Below, piece after piece: positions 38,055 through 48,394 of a stretch of 64,000 nucleotides of DNA. The notes under the pieces were generated by a model. The model searched no databases. It saw nothing but the letters and a program-made list of their open reading frames with translations, and was not told where the DNA came from. Position 1 is the first letter of the stretch, and each line of letters begins with the position of its first letter. Source of the stretch: Nitrosopumilaceae archaeon (GTDB taxonomy: Archaea; Thermoproteota; Nitrososphaeria; Nitrososphaerales; Nitrosopumilaceae). The stretch spans positions 1 to 64,000 of the forward strand of contig OZ242376.1 of assembly GCA_965209085.1 (NCBI GenBank), read 5' to 3'. The translations under genes and the position numbers were made by a program.

Positions 38055-39028
38055 TTGTTAATTGCACCCTCCCTTACGTGGAGCATACGGGTTACCAGCA
38101 CATGCGCCACTATGTTGATGCATATTGCCATTCCCAAAAGCACCAAGCCGACTCCTATTAGTGCCGGCAGATGCAGTGAAGCTGGAGACGCTTCGACAAA
38201 TTCATTGGCAATTATGCTGGACATTGTCTGTCCGGGTCCAAAGAGCGATTCGGGTATGGCGTTTATTCCGGTTGCATTCCCAATCAGCATTGTAACTGCT
38301 ATCGTCTCGCCAACAGCCCTTCCCAGTCCGAGAATAGAGGCTCCAATCAGACCGGTTTTTGCATACGGAAACATTGCAAGCCTGAACATCTCCCATCTGG
38401 TGGCTCCGAGCATGTATGCTGCCTCCCGCTGCTGCTGCGGAACGGCCATCAAAACTTCACGCGATACAGCAGAGACGGTGGGAATTATCATTATGGCAAG
38501 CACCACGCTGGCCGTTAGTATGTCAAGACCCAGCGGCGTACCAGAAAAAAGCCAGATGCTATCTCCAAACATGTCGTTTAGCGGTTTTTCAATAAATCCT
38601 CGAAAATGAACCCGAAATACGTACAGGCCCCACAGTCCGTATATGACGCTGGGAACTGCCGCAAGCAGCTCTACAATGAATCCCAGGGGATTTCCAATTT
38701 TTGGCGGTGCATCAGAGACAAACATTGCTATTCCTATGCTAAGCGGAACACCGATTGCCATTGCAAGTGCGGATGTAATCAGCGTGCCAATTATGTACGG
38801 CATAACGCCAAATGATTCGCGCCCTTCGACCGGATTCCAGTCCGTTCCGGTTACAAATCCAAATCCCTCCTCAACCCATATGGGGTATGATGCAAAGGAG
38901 AGCTGGAATACTATCAGTACTATAACGACAAGAACGTAAACTCCTGCCACAGTGGCGCCTATCTTGAAGAGTTTGTCTGAATCAAACCTGCGAATTCCTT
39001 TATGTTTTATCGGTATGTTTTTTTTCAT
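38051..39028 (-). CDS. pstC: Phosphate ABC permease
   Basis: ELLAAVPSVIYGLWG, GRAVGETIA. Confidence 0.94.
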   Translation of the reverse strand: MKKNIPIKHKGIRRFDSDKLFKIGATVAGVYVLVVIVLIVFQLSFASYPIWVEEGFGFVTGTDWNPVEGRESFGVMPYIIGTLITSALAMAIGVPLSIGIAMFVSDAPPKIGNPLGFIVELLAAVPSVIYGLWGLYVFRVHFRGFIEKPLNDMFGDSIWLFSGTPLGLDILTASVVLAIMIIPTVSAVSREVLMAVPQQQREAAYMLGATRWEMFRLAMFPYAKTGLIGASILGLGRAVGETIAVTMLIGNATGINAIPESLFGPGQTMSSIIANEFVEASPASLHLPALIGVGLVLLGMAICINIVAHVLVTRMLHVREGAINN

Positions 39029-40263
39029 TATTCCACCCGCAGTATTCCGTTGGAGATCAGATACTGGAGGTTGTTAATGTATTCAGAATCAGTAATTTCT
39101 CCATTAATCCAAAACTGGGCGACTGTACGGAACCAATCAGGCAGTATTACCTTTGGTGTCGCATCATAATTCCATAAAGTTTCGCCCTCGTATGTTATCT
39201 GCGAGAGCGCATCCATGCCAATCTTTACTACAGTATCAGAGATTGGAACGTAAAGCAGATCCGGAGAGAATGACTGGCCGGTAGTCAGCATCCAATGTAT
39301 CATGTATACAAGTGCCTGCGCCTGCTCTTTGGACTTTGTTGTTTGTGATATCTCAGCATACACCAAAAGATACGTAAAGCTGGAAATAGGATACGAGTTA
39401 TCACCTGGGGCATTTACCAGGGAGACTTTGCTCCAGTCACTGCCAGGTTCTGGCAGCGTATGTGCTACAGCCTGCGAGGCTGCGAATATTGAATCCAAAC
39501 TTGGTTCTATGAATGCTGTACCATCGCCGTTTTGAACGTACGCAAAGGACATGCCTGTTTGGAATGCGTATGCAAGTTCTACGTATCCTATGGTATATTC
39601 TGTGCTTCGTATTATTCCTGCAACGCCTTCATTACCTGCCGCACCGTGCGTGCGGGCAGGCCACTGTACGCTTTTGCCTTTTCCTACGGCGAGATCAAAG
39701 TCCGGATTTACTGTTGTAAGATAGTCGGTAAATACAAACGTGGTTCCTGAGCCGTCCGAACGCCTCACAGGAACAATCTTTTCATCCGGCAAATTTATTC
39801 CAGGATTATTTTTGGCTATATTCTCGTCGTTCCATTTTGTAATTTCTCCAAGATATATTTTTGCCAAAATTTCCCCGTCAAATTTCAGACCGCTGTTTGG
39901 AATTTCCGGTATGTTGTATGCCACGACAACTCCGCCGATAGTTTCCGGTATGTGCAATGTGCCCGGAGTCAGTTTGGCTTCTGATGTTTTTAGAGGAGCG
40001 TCAGTAGCTGCAAAATTTACCGTCTTTGCAATATGCTGCTGTACACCGCCGCCGCTGCCGATGGACTGGTAATTTAGATGCAGATCATCAAAAGTTGCTT
40101 TGGCAATTTCCACGCGCCACAAGTCTATGAGCGGGTACGGAAACGTGGCTCCTGCGGCGTTGATCGTGTACGAGCCAGATACAAGTTCCGGACTGTCGGC
40201 AAAAGCCAAAAGCGGCATGGAAAATACCAGTGTTGCAAGAATACCCAAAAGTGTTATCTTCAC
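39028..40263 (-). CDS. pstS: Phosphate-binding protein with C-terminal thaumarchaeal surface domain
   Basis: GATFP, YQSIGSGGG, RSDGSGTT; tail LPDWFR..FW..GEITDSEY..LQYLI. Confidence 0.94.
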   Translation of the reverse strand: MKITLLGILATLVFSMPLLAFADSPELVSGSYTINAAGATFPYPLIDLWRVEIAKATFDDLHLNYQSIGSGGGVQQHIAKTVNFAATDAPLKTSEAKLTPGTLHIPETIGGVVVAYNIPEIPNSGLKFDGEILAKIYLGEITKWNDENIAKNNPGINLPDEKIVPVRRSDGSGTTFVFTDYLTTVNPDFDLAVGKGKSVQWPARTHGAAGNEGVAGIIRSTEYTIGYVELAYAFQTGMSFAYVQNGDGTAFIEPSLDSIFAASQAVAHTLPEPGSDWSKVSLVNAPGDNSYPISSFTYLLVYAEISQTTKSKEQAQALVYMIHWMLTTGQSFSPDLLYVPISDTVVKIGMDALSQITYEGETLWNYDATPKVILPDWFRTVAQFWINGEITDSEYINNLQYLISNGILRVE

Positions 40264-40383
40264 ATTATACGTATATTTTGAAATTTATTTATGGTTAACA
40301 GATATAGAATAACAGAACACCATATACTATATAGCCGGAACCGTCTGCGTCGAGTTTATAACCATTTTATGCGTTAATCACAC

Positions 40384-41430
40384 ATGGATACTGCCGAAAA
40401 GATAAAGCTCGTAACCCGGCCACCCACTATGGAGGTTGTAACTGCCGAAGAGCTAAATGCCCTGTTTGCCTCAAATCAGAGGCCAAAACACTATATCGGA
40501 TTGGAGATATCGGGATTTTTGCATCTTGGAAGTCTGATTAGCACCGGCTATAAGATTAATGATTTTGCCGACTCGGGTATGGACTGTACCGTTTTTCTAG
40601 CCGACTGGCATACCATGATAAACGACAAGATTGGAGGGGACATGGAAAAAATTTCCCTGATTTCAAAATATTACGAAGATGCATTCAAAGCTGTCTGTCC
40701 GCGCGCATCCATCGTGCGCGGCTCAGAGCTGTATGAGAAAACACCCGAATACTGGACAGAGCTTGTAAAATTAGCGCGCCATATGCCTCTGGCAAGAACA
40801 ATGCGCGCACTTACCATAATGGGCAGATCCGAGACGGTTAATACTGACCTTGCAAAGCTTCTCTATCCGGCCATGCAGGCAATGGACATACGGTTTTTGG
40901 ACGTGGATGTTGCACATTCGGGTATGGATCAGAGGAAGATACACATGCTTGTACGGGACATATTTCCAAAGATGGGTTGGAAAGTTCCAATTGCCGTACA
41001 CCACTCGCTACTTCCCGGACTCTCAAAACCCGTAGAACAGGATGCGGCAAAATCTGGTAAAATGAGCAAATCCAATCCGGATTCGGGAATATTCATGCAT
41101 GATGATGCACAGGTGATACGCTCAAAGATCAAAAAAGCATGGTGTGAATCCGGAATTGCCGAAGCAAATCCGCTGCTGGAGATTGTGCGGCAGGTGATAT
41201 TTCATGAAAACAAAGAGATTACCGTGGAAAGACCTGAAAAATTTGGCGGCAACGTCACGTATACGGAATTTGAACAGATACATACAGACTTTGCCAGCTC
41301 AAAGCTTCATCCCGGAGATCTAAAGGAAACGGTGTCAAAATACCTTATTCCCATCGTTACGGGTCTGGCACAAAAGTTCAGTATGGGTGATGATGTAAGA
41401 GATACAATTTTGGGTTATAGCTCATCCTAG
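40384..41430 (+). CDS. tyrS: Tyrosine--tRNA ligase
   Basis: HLGS (HIGH), YPAMQ, GMDQRK, KMSKS. Confidence 0.93.
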   Translation: MDTAEKIKLVTRPPTMEVVTAEELNALFASNQRPKHYIGLEISGFLHLGSLISTGYKINDFADSGMDCTVFLADWHTMINDKIGGDMEKISLISKYYEDAFKAVCPRASIVRGSELYEKTPEYWTELVKLARHMPLARTMRALTIMGRSETVNTDLAKLLYPAMQAMDIRFLDVDVAHSGMDQRKIHMLVRDIFPKMGWKVPIAVHHSLLPGLSKPVEQDAAKSGKMSKSNPDSGIFMHDDAQVIRSKIKKAWCESGIAEANPLLEIVRQVIFHENKEITVERPEKFGGNVTYTEFEQIHTDFASSKLHPGDLKETVSKYLIPIVTGLAQKFSMGDDVRDTILGYSSS

Positions 41431-42189
41431 ATTGTATTTTGACTTGTAACCGCGCGGATTTATCATGAGATCTTTGTAATTGTACGTGGATGAATTTCCC
41501 ACAATGACCGTGCTTATCATTCCAAGCTTGTCAGAATGATCCCCAAGATGTTCCAAATCCGTTACTACGACTGTCTGACTCTCGCGGAATGCCCCCTTTA
41601 TGATGGCTACGGGCGTCTGCGGTTTGCGATGTTTTAAAAGTATTTTTTGCGTATCTAGCAGCTGGTGTATCCGTTTTTTGCTGGACGGATTGTAAATCAC
41701 TATGACAAAGTCGCCTAATGCTGCCGCCTCTACGCGTTTTATAATAATTTCCCACGGTACGAGCAGATCGCTCATGCTGACTACTGCAAAATCCGTCATC
41801 AACGGAGAACCCACTATTGAAGCGCACGAGTTTAACGCTGAGACTCCGGGGATTACCTCTACAGGCATGCCCGATTTTGGATCCCAGTCTTGACCTGCAA
41901 GCACTTCGTATATGAGACCTGCCATGCCGTATATTCCCGGATCGCCGCTGGATACAAGTGAGACGGTTTTTCCAGAAAGTGCCAAGTCTATGCACTGATG
42001 GGCGCGTTCAACTTCCTGCGTCATGGCATAACGGTAGATGTCTTTTCCGGATATGAGATCCTTTACCAAATTTACATACGTCTCATAGCCGATGATGGTA
42101 TCGCTTTGAGCTATTGCCCACTTTGCACGTTCGGTCATATGATCATGGTGTCCAGGTCCCACTCCCACTATGAACAATTTGCCGGTCAT
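41422..42189 (-). CDS. cobJ: Precorrin-3B C17-methyltransferase
   Basis: VGVGPG, SSGDPGIYGMA, NPRGY. Confidence 0.93.
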   Translation of the reverse strand: MTGKLFIVGVGPGHHDHMTERAKWAIAQSDTIIGYETYVNLVKDLISGKDIYRYAMTQEVERAHQCIDLALSGKTVSLVSSGDPGIYGMAGLIYEVLAGQDWDPKSGMPVEVIPGVSALNSCASIVGSPLMTDFAVVSMSDLLVPWEIIIKRVEAAALGDFVIVIYNPSSKKRIHQLLDTQKILLKHRKPQTPVAIIKGAFRESQTVVVTDLEHLGDHSDKLGMISTVIVGNSSTYNYKDLMINPRGYKSKYNLG

Positions 42190-43706
42190 GAATTATCATC
42201 CTCTGCCGTTTTGTTCTCGGCGGTTGCGATAGAATATTCTGCCATAGGGTATACTGCAGGACAGTTTATCACGTGATCGGAGTTTAGCGGACGGGCCTGA
42301 ATAATTATAACGGATTCTGCCGCATGTGCTGCCTTTAGGTCATCGCTAGTTGCCAGGATCTGCGCTTCTCCCGGATTTGCCCATTCCACTATGTTTATTT
42401 TTTGTATTGGGGAATAGTTTTCACTGCCCGGAATTCCGTATCTTAATGAGGGCTGAAATCCAAGCGGTCCTGAGCCGTTTATTCCGTTTTTAAACTCGTA
42501 ATAGTCTGCTGCTGCATCAGAATTTGCCAGTATTGACGAGGCCGGAGCGTTTACCAGTCCCATGACCATCGCCGGCTTTTGTGGTGTTGCTGCAACGGGT
42601 ATACAGTAGAGTGTTCTTCCGTCTTCTGCCCACTCCCTGTGGGATACAAGCGTGACAGTCATGTTCTCCTCATCAAGGGAGAGAATCTGCGAGCCTGATC
42701 CATAAGGTGATCTCTCATAGTCTGCCATACTCAAATTTTCAATTTGCGGCATTTGACCTCCAGGCCATTTTATTTGCGGTATGTTTAGAATTGATCCGGA
42801 CTCGTCCAGTACGATACGGCCCTTGCCCACTTCCTCCAGCAGATCCTTTTCGGATTCAATTATGGATTCTTTTTGACCCCGATTCCATTCGGCCGCAACT
42901 GCCAGACGCAATGAACCGTACAGTGGTTGCTCCGGAGTTCCCGAAAATATCTCCCGTTGGTATCCATAAAATCCTTCGCCGCTTTTGCCGTTTTTAAACA
43001 GATACACTTTACCCAGAGCTGATTCTGGAGTTTCTTCAAGTAATGGTGCAGCTGTTACGTTATAATTCTGCCACTGCGATATCTCTTTGGCATCTTTTTG
43101 GGTGCTGGAATCGGTTATGATATAATACACGTCTTCGCCATTGTAAAATCCTGTATGCATCGGCAGGGTTACCGGCAGGATGGTTCTGGCAAGTTTTAAT
43201 TCAGGATGCCGGTCTGCTGCAGATACCAATTTTGTCTGCACTACAACATCTATTGGATCCCCTCGGATCCATCCGTCTACGCTTGCCGTTGCTTTGAAAG
43301 AATTCTTGTCCGAGTGCAATGCGAGTGCAGCTCCGGCAAAGTTTGCCGTACCAGAGATGCCCGGCTCCAAAAGTGTAACTGCATATTTTGTATCACCGTC
43401 CACGGTCCATATGGGCTGGTTTCCATCATCCCCGTCATCAAGCTCGTGCAGAATCATTATCTCTACTGGAGTGCTGGCCGTATATGTGATAGTTCCCACA
43501 TATATCGTGCCCGGATTCGGCGAGAGCAATATTGCCATTTGTTGGCCTTTGTTTCCTTTTCCCGGATCGGTGCCGGACTGGACGGTTTCAGTAAAGTGGA
43601 CTTTTCTTATGGATTTTGCCTCTGCTGTCTGATCAGACGTGCTAGAGACCATAACGGCGGCTGTAATGATCAAAGCTGCCATGACAAGTGCAATAATCAG
43701 TTTCAT
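42186..43706 (-). CDS. Secreted hypothetical protein with two related domains
   Basis: Signal peptide; paired YYIITDSS/YCIPVAAT and FKNG.xG.G..G.Q motifs. Confidence 0.75.
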   Translation of the reverse strand: MKLIIALVMAALIITAAVMVSSTSDQTAEAKSIRKVHFTETVQSGTDPGKGNKGQQMAILLSPNPGTIYVGTITYTASTPVEIMILHELDDGDDGNQPIWTVDGDTKYAVTLLEPGISGTANFAGAALALHSDKNSFKATASVDGWIRGDPIDVVVQTKLVSAADRHPELKLARTILPVTLPMHTGFYNGEDVYYIITDSSTQKDAKEISQWQNYNVTAAPLLEETPESALGKVYLFKNGKSGEGFYGYQREIFSGTPEQPLYGSLRLAVAAEWNRGQKESIIESEKDLLEEVGKGRIVLDESGSILNIPQIKWPGGQMPQIENLSMADYERSPYGSGSQILSLDEENMTVTLVSHREWAEDGRTLYCIPVAATPQKPAMVMGLVNAPASSILANSDAAADYYEFKNGINGSGPLGFQPSLRYGIPGSENYSPIQKINIVEWANPGEAQILATSDDLKAAHAAESVIIIQARPLNSDHVINCPAVYPMAEYSIATAENKTAEDDNS

Positions 43707-43886
43707 ACCAAATGGTGGTTACAAGGTGGTTAAATTTTTTGTCATTATGGATTTTATAACATATTTGGAGGGTATCAGTAGGCAATATCCCAGTCAGAAT
43801 TTGGTTAAAATGCACTAGTGGGCATATTCAATCATCTGATTCATCATTATTCCATCCGTTTATGATATTCGTATATTTTGACTAGA

Positions 43887-44130
43887 TCCATTTTCCAACA
43901 AACACCCATAACCAGTGGTTGATGCCATCAATCCGCCAGCTGGTCTCATCTCCGTGTATGTTTAATTCTTGTTTTAATTCCTTTATCATCTGCTCGTACA
44001 GCGAACCAAATGCAGTGGTCATTTTGGTTGTTCTGACAACAATTCATCATGTTTGTGCCCGATCCATAAAGATCACGGCAGAAAATACTCGATCATATGA
44101 TCAGATCGCTTCAAAACTCTAGACAGTTAC
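43887..44130 (-). mobile_element. Internally deleted relic of the IS66 element
   Basis: Matches about 7902-8030 fused to about 8668-8785; one intact TIR ends at 44130. Confidence 0.9.
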
Positions 44131-44168
44131 CTCAAAAGTTATTTCTTCTTGGTAATATTTTGGCAGGA

Positions 44169-45566
44169 CTAACGATCGAGTTTAAACTCATCATGCACGG
44201 CATTTACCGCTTTACGTGCATCTGAATCACGCACGACAAATGCCAAGTTGAGCTCAGAGGAGCCCTGTGTTATCATTACCACGTTTACGGATTTTTTTGC
44301 CACAGCTCCAAACACCCTAGAGGCCGCTCCGATGGTTCCGCGCATTCCTGCTCCGATCAGCGCAACTATGGTAACGTTGGAGGTTACGTCTATTTTTTTT
44401 ATTATTTTTCCAAGAAGTGATTTTTCTATGGCCTGAACCGTCTTGTCCGCATCGGTTTTTCTTACGGTTATGGTTATGCTCGACTCTGAAGGGTTTTGTG
44501 TGATCATCATGACGTTGACGTTGGCAGCTGCAAGCGTATCGAATATTTTAGCGGCCGTCCCCGGAGCTCCGGCCATATTTGTACCGCTAATGTCTACAAT
44601 GGCGTTATTTTTGAACGCGCTCACACATTTTATCGATTTTCTATGTGTTGTGCTAGGGGAGGAGATTACGAGTGTTCCGGGATTTTTTGGAGAGTTTACG
44701 TTGCGCACTCTCATTGGTATTTTTTTTGCAAGCAGAGGTTCGAACGTTTTTGGATGAATTTGTTGCGCTCCAAACATGGACATTTCCATAGCCTCAGAAT
44801 ACGAAACTTCGTGTATTGTTTTTGCACCCCCAACCATGGAAGGATCAGCAGTCATCATGCCGTCTACGTCCCCCATCAGCCAAACCTCATCAGCCTTTAC
44901 GCAGGAAGCTATTATTGATGCAGTATAATCAGAGCCGCCGCGTCCCAAAGTCGTAATATGCCCGTGTTGATCTTCTCCGGAGAATCCCCCTATTACCGGA
45001 ATAATTTTTTTTGAGACAAGTGACTCGATGTTCTTGGAAACCTTTAGGCGCGTTGTATTCATCAACGGCTGGCAGTTGCCATAGTTTGAGTCAGTTATTA
45101 TTCCCGCTTCCTTGCCGGTCATGGACTGTGTTTTTCTTCCAAGATCCGCCATTGCCTGTGAAAAAATTTTGGATGAGAATCTCTCCCCAAAGGATATCAA
45201 ATAATCAAGTGAACGCGTGGTGATCTCGTGTAGCAGCGTTATTCCGTCCACTAGCGCTAGAAATTCTGCAAAATCTTCGGCAAGCGAATCAAGCAGTTTT
45301 TTTCTTCCAGCAGTTTTTGAGATTGTCTGTTGCGCTATTTTTTTATGCGAATTTATTATGCGTGCGGCTAAAGTTTTGGCTCCATTGACGTCATTTTTGC
45401 GCACGTATTGTGATATTTTCAGCAAAAGATCGGTTGTATCGCCTATTGCAGAACATACTATAATCATCTGGTTGTTTTTGACTTCGTCTGATGCTTGTTT
45501 AGCAGCAATTTTGATTTTTTTTGGAGTTTGAATTGTCGAGCCGCCGTATTTTACAACTAGCCTCAA
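44169..45566 (-). CDS. lysC: Aspartate kinase
   Basis: VVKYGGS, TLGRGGSDY, DVDGMMTADP, two ACT domains. Confidence 0.94.
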   Translation of the reverse strand: MRLVVKYGGSTIQTPKKIKIAAKQASDEVKNNQMIIVCSAIGDTTDLLLKISQYVRKNDVNGAKTLAARIINSHKKIAQQTISKTAGRKKLLDSLAEDFAEFLALVDGITLLHEITTRSLDYLISFGERFSSKIFSQAMADLGRKTQSMTGKEAGIITDSNYGNCQPLMNTTRLKVSKNIESLVSKKIIPVIGGFSGEDQHGHITTLGRGGSDYTASIIASCVKADEVWLMGDVDGMMTADPSMVGGAKTIHEVSYSEAMEMSMFGAQQIHPKTFEPLLAKKIPMRVRNVNSPKNPGTLVISSPSTTHRKSIKCVSAFKNNAIVDISGTNMAGAPGTAAKIFDTLAAANVNVMMITQNPSESSITITVRKTDADKTVQAIEKSLLGKIIKKIDVTSNVTIVALIGAGMRGTIGAASRVFGAVAKKSVNVVMITQGSSELNLAFVVRDSDARKAVNAVHDEFKLDR

Positions 45567-46309
45567 GTTTCCACCCTTGGGGCAAGATAAAAGTGAATTC
45601 GTGCTATTCCCGCTATTTTGAATTCGATTCTCAGGGGTTTTTCATTTGAAAATTCACACGATACGCTGCCAGCTGTGGTTCCTACCGCCTTTACCACCGG
45701 TGAGAGATATTCCAAACTATAGGTTGCCTTGCTGTCGGATTTTGCCTCTATGGATTTTATTATTTCACCATCTTTTTCCATCTCGATTAGGGCCTCTCCA
45801 GAGTCGCCTTTGCCTGAAAAAACGGCGGATGTTTTTGATGCCTTTATCGTCATATATTCAGAAATTACCTGTATGTCCCCGAGTATTTTGTCAAGAGCGC
45901 CTGGAACGAGATCAATTTTTGCATCATATGGAATTTTTGGCAGGGGTGTTTCAGCCGCTGTGCCTTCCACAAGCCTGATCTTGTATTTTTTGTTTTTTCC
46001 AATCGTAACAAGCAGCATATTGTCTTCGGATATGCTTATCAGGATTGTGTCTTTTTTTTCTGCCCTTTTAATGATCTTTGATATCTCATCAATGCGCACG
46101 CCGAATTTCAAGTCGCTGTCGCACTCGTATTTTTCAAACGCCGAATTTGGCCACGATATGTCAATTAATGCCACATGGGACGGATCCATTCCACGGAATG
46201 TAATGCCCTCTGAATTTGCCACAAACGTAGCTTCCTCCACCACCGTGGAAATTGCAGAAATTATTGCCTTAAGATCATCAGAACCGCTGATTTTGGCGGA
46301 CAGTACCAT
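45563..46309 (-). CDS. pcn: PCNA sliding clamp
   Basis: MDPSHVAL, YSLEYL, FYLAPR. Confidence 0.95.
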   Translation of the reverse strand: MVLSAKISGSDDLKAIISAISTVVEEATFVANSEGITFRGMDPSHVALIDISWPNSAFEKYECDSDLKFGVRIDEISKIIKRAEKKDTILISISEDNMLLVTIGKNKKYKIRLVEGTAAETPLPKIPYDAKIDLVPGALDKILGDIQVISEYMTIKASKTSAVFSGKGDSGEALIEMEKDGEIIKSIEAKSDSKATYSLEYLSPVVKAVGTTAGSVSCEFSNEKPLRIEFKIAGIARIHFYLAPRVET

Positions 46310-46355
46310 ACAAACGTGAAATTATTGCACTCTAAATAATGTATTGGATATTCGT

Positions 46356-46664
46356 TTAGGAATAATTACGCCATGTGTGGGTACATTTTATACATCTGTA
46401 AAACTGAGTGCTTGGTTCATCAGCGCTGCGTGTCTGCAACATCCACCATACTGCCTGGTCATGACCGCATTTTCCACATTCTATTTTTATCGTTGGCAGG
46501 GCTTCTTTTCCTTCATCCTGTTCCAAAACGGTAAAGTCAGAAACTGTTGATTTTTCTTCTTGTTTTATAGTATTGGAGGAATTTTCCGCATGACCGCAGG
46601 ACGTACATGTGTAACCAGAGATGCTTTTTTTGAGACGAATGTCACATTTGGGGCAAAATTTCAT
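46356..46664 (-). CDS. tfs: Transcription factor S
   Basis: FCPKC, QTRSADEP. Confidence 0.93.
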   Translation of the reverse strand: MKFCPKCDIRLKKSISGYTCTSCGHAENSSNTIKQEEKSTVSDFTVLEQDEGKEALPTIKIECGKCGHDQAVWWMLQTRSADEPSTQFYRCIKCTHTWRNYS

Positions 46665-46943
46665 CTATTTTGCCTTGATCTTGTCATTAAATAATTTTTT
46701 TAAATCTTCGGCAATGCCAATTGCAGTGTCTGTAGCCGAAATTATTTCGTTTACGGGTGCCTGTTTTGCGTTTACGCGCATCCAGCACTCACCTGTAAGC
46801 GGATGTTTCATAATTACGCCAGAGAAATCCACCGCTGAACGCTTTAACATCTCATGTTGTACGATATACAATATTCCAATGTCCGATTCTTTTAACGAAT
46901 AGTTGATCTCTTTTTTAGACTTTGACATTATCTGCGCTAGCAT
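46665..46943 (-). CDS. rpoL: RNA polymerase subunit L (Rpo11)
   Basis: KHPL motif, position next to tfs. Confidence 0.82.
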   Translation of the reverse strand: MLAQIMSKSKKEINYSLKESDIGILYIVQHEMLKRSAVDFSGVIMKHPLTGECWMRVNAKQAPVNEIISATDTAIGIAEDLKKLFNDKIKAK

Positions 46944-46987
46944 GTAAGCTAAAAAAGCACATATAGATATAAATCAATACAGGCATT

Positions 46988-47521
46988 ATGGGTAAAAATA
47001 GCATTCTAGAGATAATGCTTTCATGCGGAGCAAAGAGATTTTCCGCAAATAATACGATACCCGTGGTGGTAAGTTTTTCCATCACAGGAAACATCAGAGA
47101 CGCCTTTAATGAAGAAAACTGGACCAAAGCCTACAACAAAAATGATAATGTGTTCAAAATGAAATACGGCATAAAGGTGCGATCCGGGGGAATTAAAAAA
47201 CGTGTCATAGGCGAAGTAGATACATACAGAAAAGCATCAATATTTTGGACTAGAAACCCAAAGCTTACAAATCCTATGAAAGCGAAAAGAGTGTGGGTGC
47301 AGGTGGCCAAAAATTTTACACCCCATATAAAACTCAGCCAGGAAGAAGTACAACAGGAATTATTTGATTTTGAGGAGACAATTCATGTAAAAGCTTCCGA
47401 GCTTGGAGCTGGCGATCATCAGATAAGTGCAGAAGTGTACGCATCGTGGAACAAACACGACTATACGGACACGGGCAAGGTCGATAACAGCTCGAAAAAC
47501 TACAAAATTACGGTCGAATAA
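46988..47521 (+). CDS. Hypothetical protein
   Basis: 177-aa ORF. Confidence 0.7.
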   Translation: MGKNSILEIMLSCGAKRFSANNTIPVVVSFSITGNIRDAFNEENWTKAYNKNDNVFKMKYGIKVRSGGIKKRVIGEVDTYRKASIFWTRNPKLTNPMKAKRVWVQVAKNFTPHIKLSQEEVQQELFDFEETIHVKASELGAGDHQISAEVYASWNKHDYTDTGKVDNSSKNYKITVE

Positions 47522-47560
47522 ATCAATTAGGATATAAACGGGTTTGTTTCATGTACGGTA

Positions 47561-47713
47561 ATGGCAAAATATGACGGATTGTTGGGTCAACCGGTTTTGG
47601 AAGTGGAAGAGCCTGACAAAGAGGGCGGCATAACCGTTATCTTCAAGGACAACAGATTTCTTTTCATAAAAGTGACTGATGGAAAAATAGATACAGTCTC
47701 AATACCGGAGTAG
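47561..47713 (+). CDS. Small protein (50 aa), first of a paralogous pair
   Basis: MAKYDGLLGQPVLEVEEPDKEGGITVIFKDNRFLFIKVTDGKIDTVSIPE. Confidence 0.7.
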   Translation: MAKYDGLLGQPVLEVEEPDKEGGITVIFKDNRFLFIKVTDGKIDTVSIPE

Positions 47714-47719
47714 ACTTGG

Positions 47720-47866
47720 ATGGAAAAATATAACAGTATAAAGATGCAGGATTTGGTAAAAGTCGAGGATACTGGGTCAGAGCTGAACATGGCTTTTAAA
47801 AACGGATCAAGAATTAAAATTACCATCAAAGACGGCAAACTGGAAGCAGTTGTGCTGGAAACCTAG
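47720..47866 (+). CDS. Small protein (48 aa), second of a paralogous pair
   Basis: MEKYNSIKMQDLVKVEDTGSELNMAFKNGSRIKITIKDGKLEAVVLET. Confidence 0.65.
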   Translation: MEKYNSIKMQDLVKVEDTGSELNMAFKNGSRIKITIKDGKLEAVVLET

Positions 47867-48366
47867 CCGGCACGTACACGTTTTTCATACATATAGAGAG
47901 CATTTTCCTGTGATTCAGACTGGATGGAACCTGGTCTCTCTTTCCTGATACGTTTTATGGCGTGTTCTGCCGTATGATCCATGTGGCATATCATATAACA
48001 TGCAAGTATGCTTCCTGCCCTACCAAGACCTGCCTGACAGTGTACTGCCACGGAATTTCCAGGTGCATCCAAAATGCGTTTGTGAATAAAATCCACCGCT
48101 TTATCCATCGACTCAAACGAAGGAGGTTCCAGATCCGGTGTTGGAAGATGCAAACAGTCAATTCCTTCAATCCACGATTTTTCAAGTGGTTCTTCGGTCA
48201 TGGTTATTACAGAACCGATTCCCTGTTCTATGAGCCAATCAAACTCATCTCTTGTCATCGGTCTTCCGGTACCAGCAAGTTTACCGTCTATAATCCAGGA
48301 AAAATTAGTGGGTCTTTTTGTAATCCTTCCATGTATTTTACGGTAAATATCTCCTGCTTTGCTCAC
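47863..48366 (-). CDS. Dual-specificity protein phosphatase
   Basis: VHCQAGLGRAG CX5R motif; GTG start inferred. Confidence 0.9.
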   Translation of the reverse strand: MSKAGDIYRKIHGRITKRPTNFSWIIDGKLAGTGRPMTRDEFDWLIEQGIGSVITMTEEPLEKSWIEGIDCLHLPTPDLEPPSFESMDKAVDFIHKRILDAPGNSVAVHCQAGLGRAGSILACYMICHMDHTAEHAIKRIRKERPGSIQSESQENALYMYEKRVRAG

Positions 48367-48394
48367 AATATGTTTTACATGCACTGGGGTATTT

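Noticed and set aside
37213-38609. Long + strand ORFs over pstA/pstC and similar antisense ORFs elsewhere
   Set aside because: Antisense shadows of well-conserved genes with no motifs of their own
40290-40335. Pho-box-like TAACAGA repeats upstream of pstS
   Set aside because: Only two 7-bp copies; too weak without comparative data
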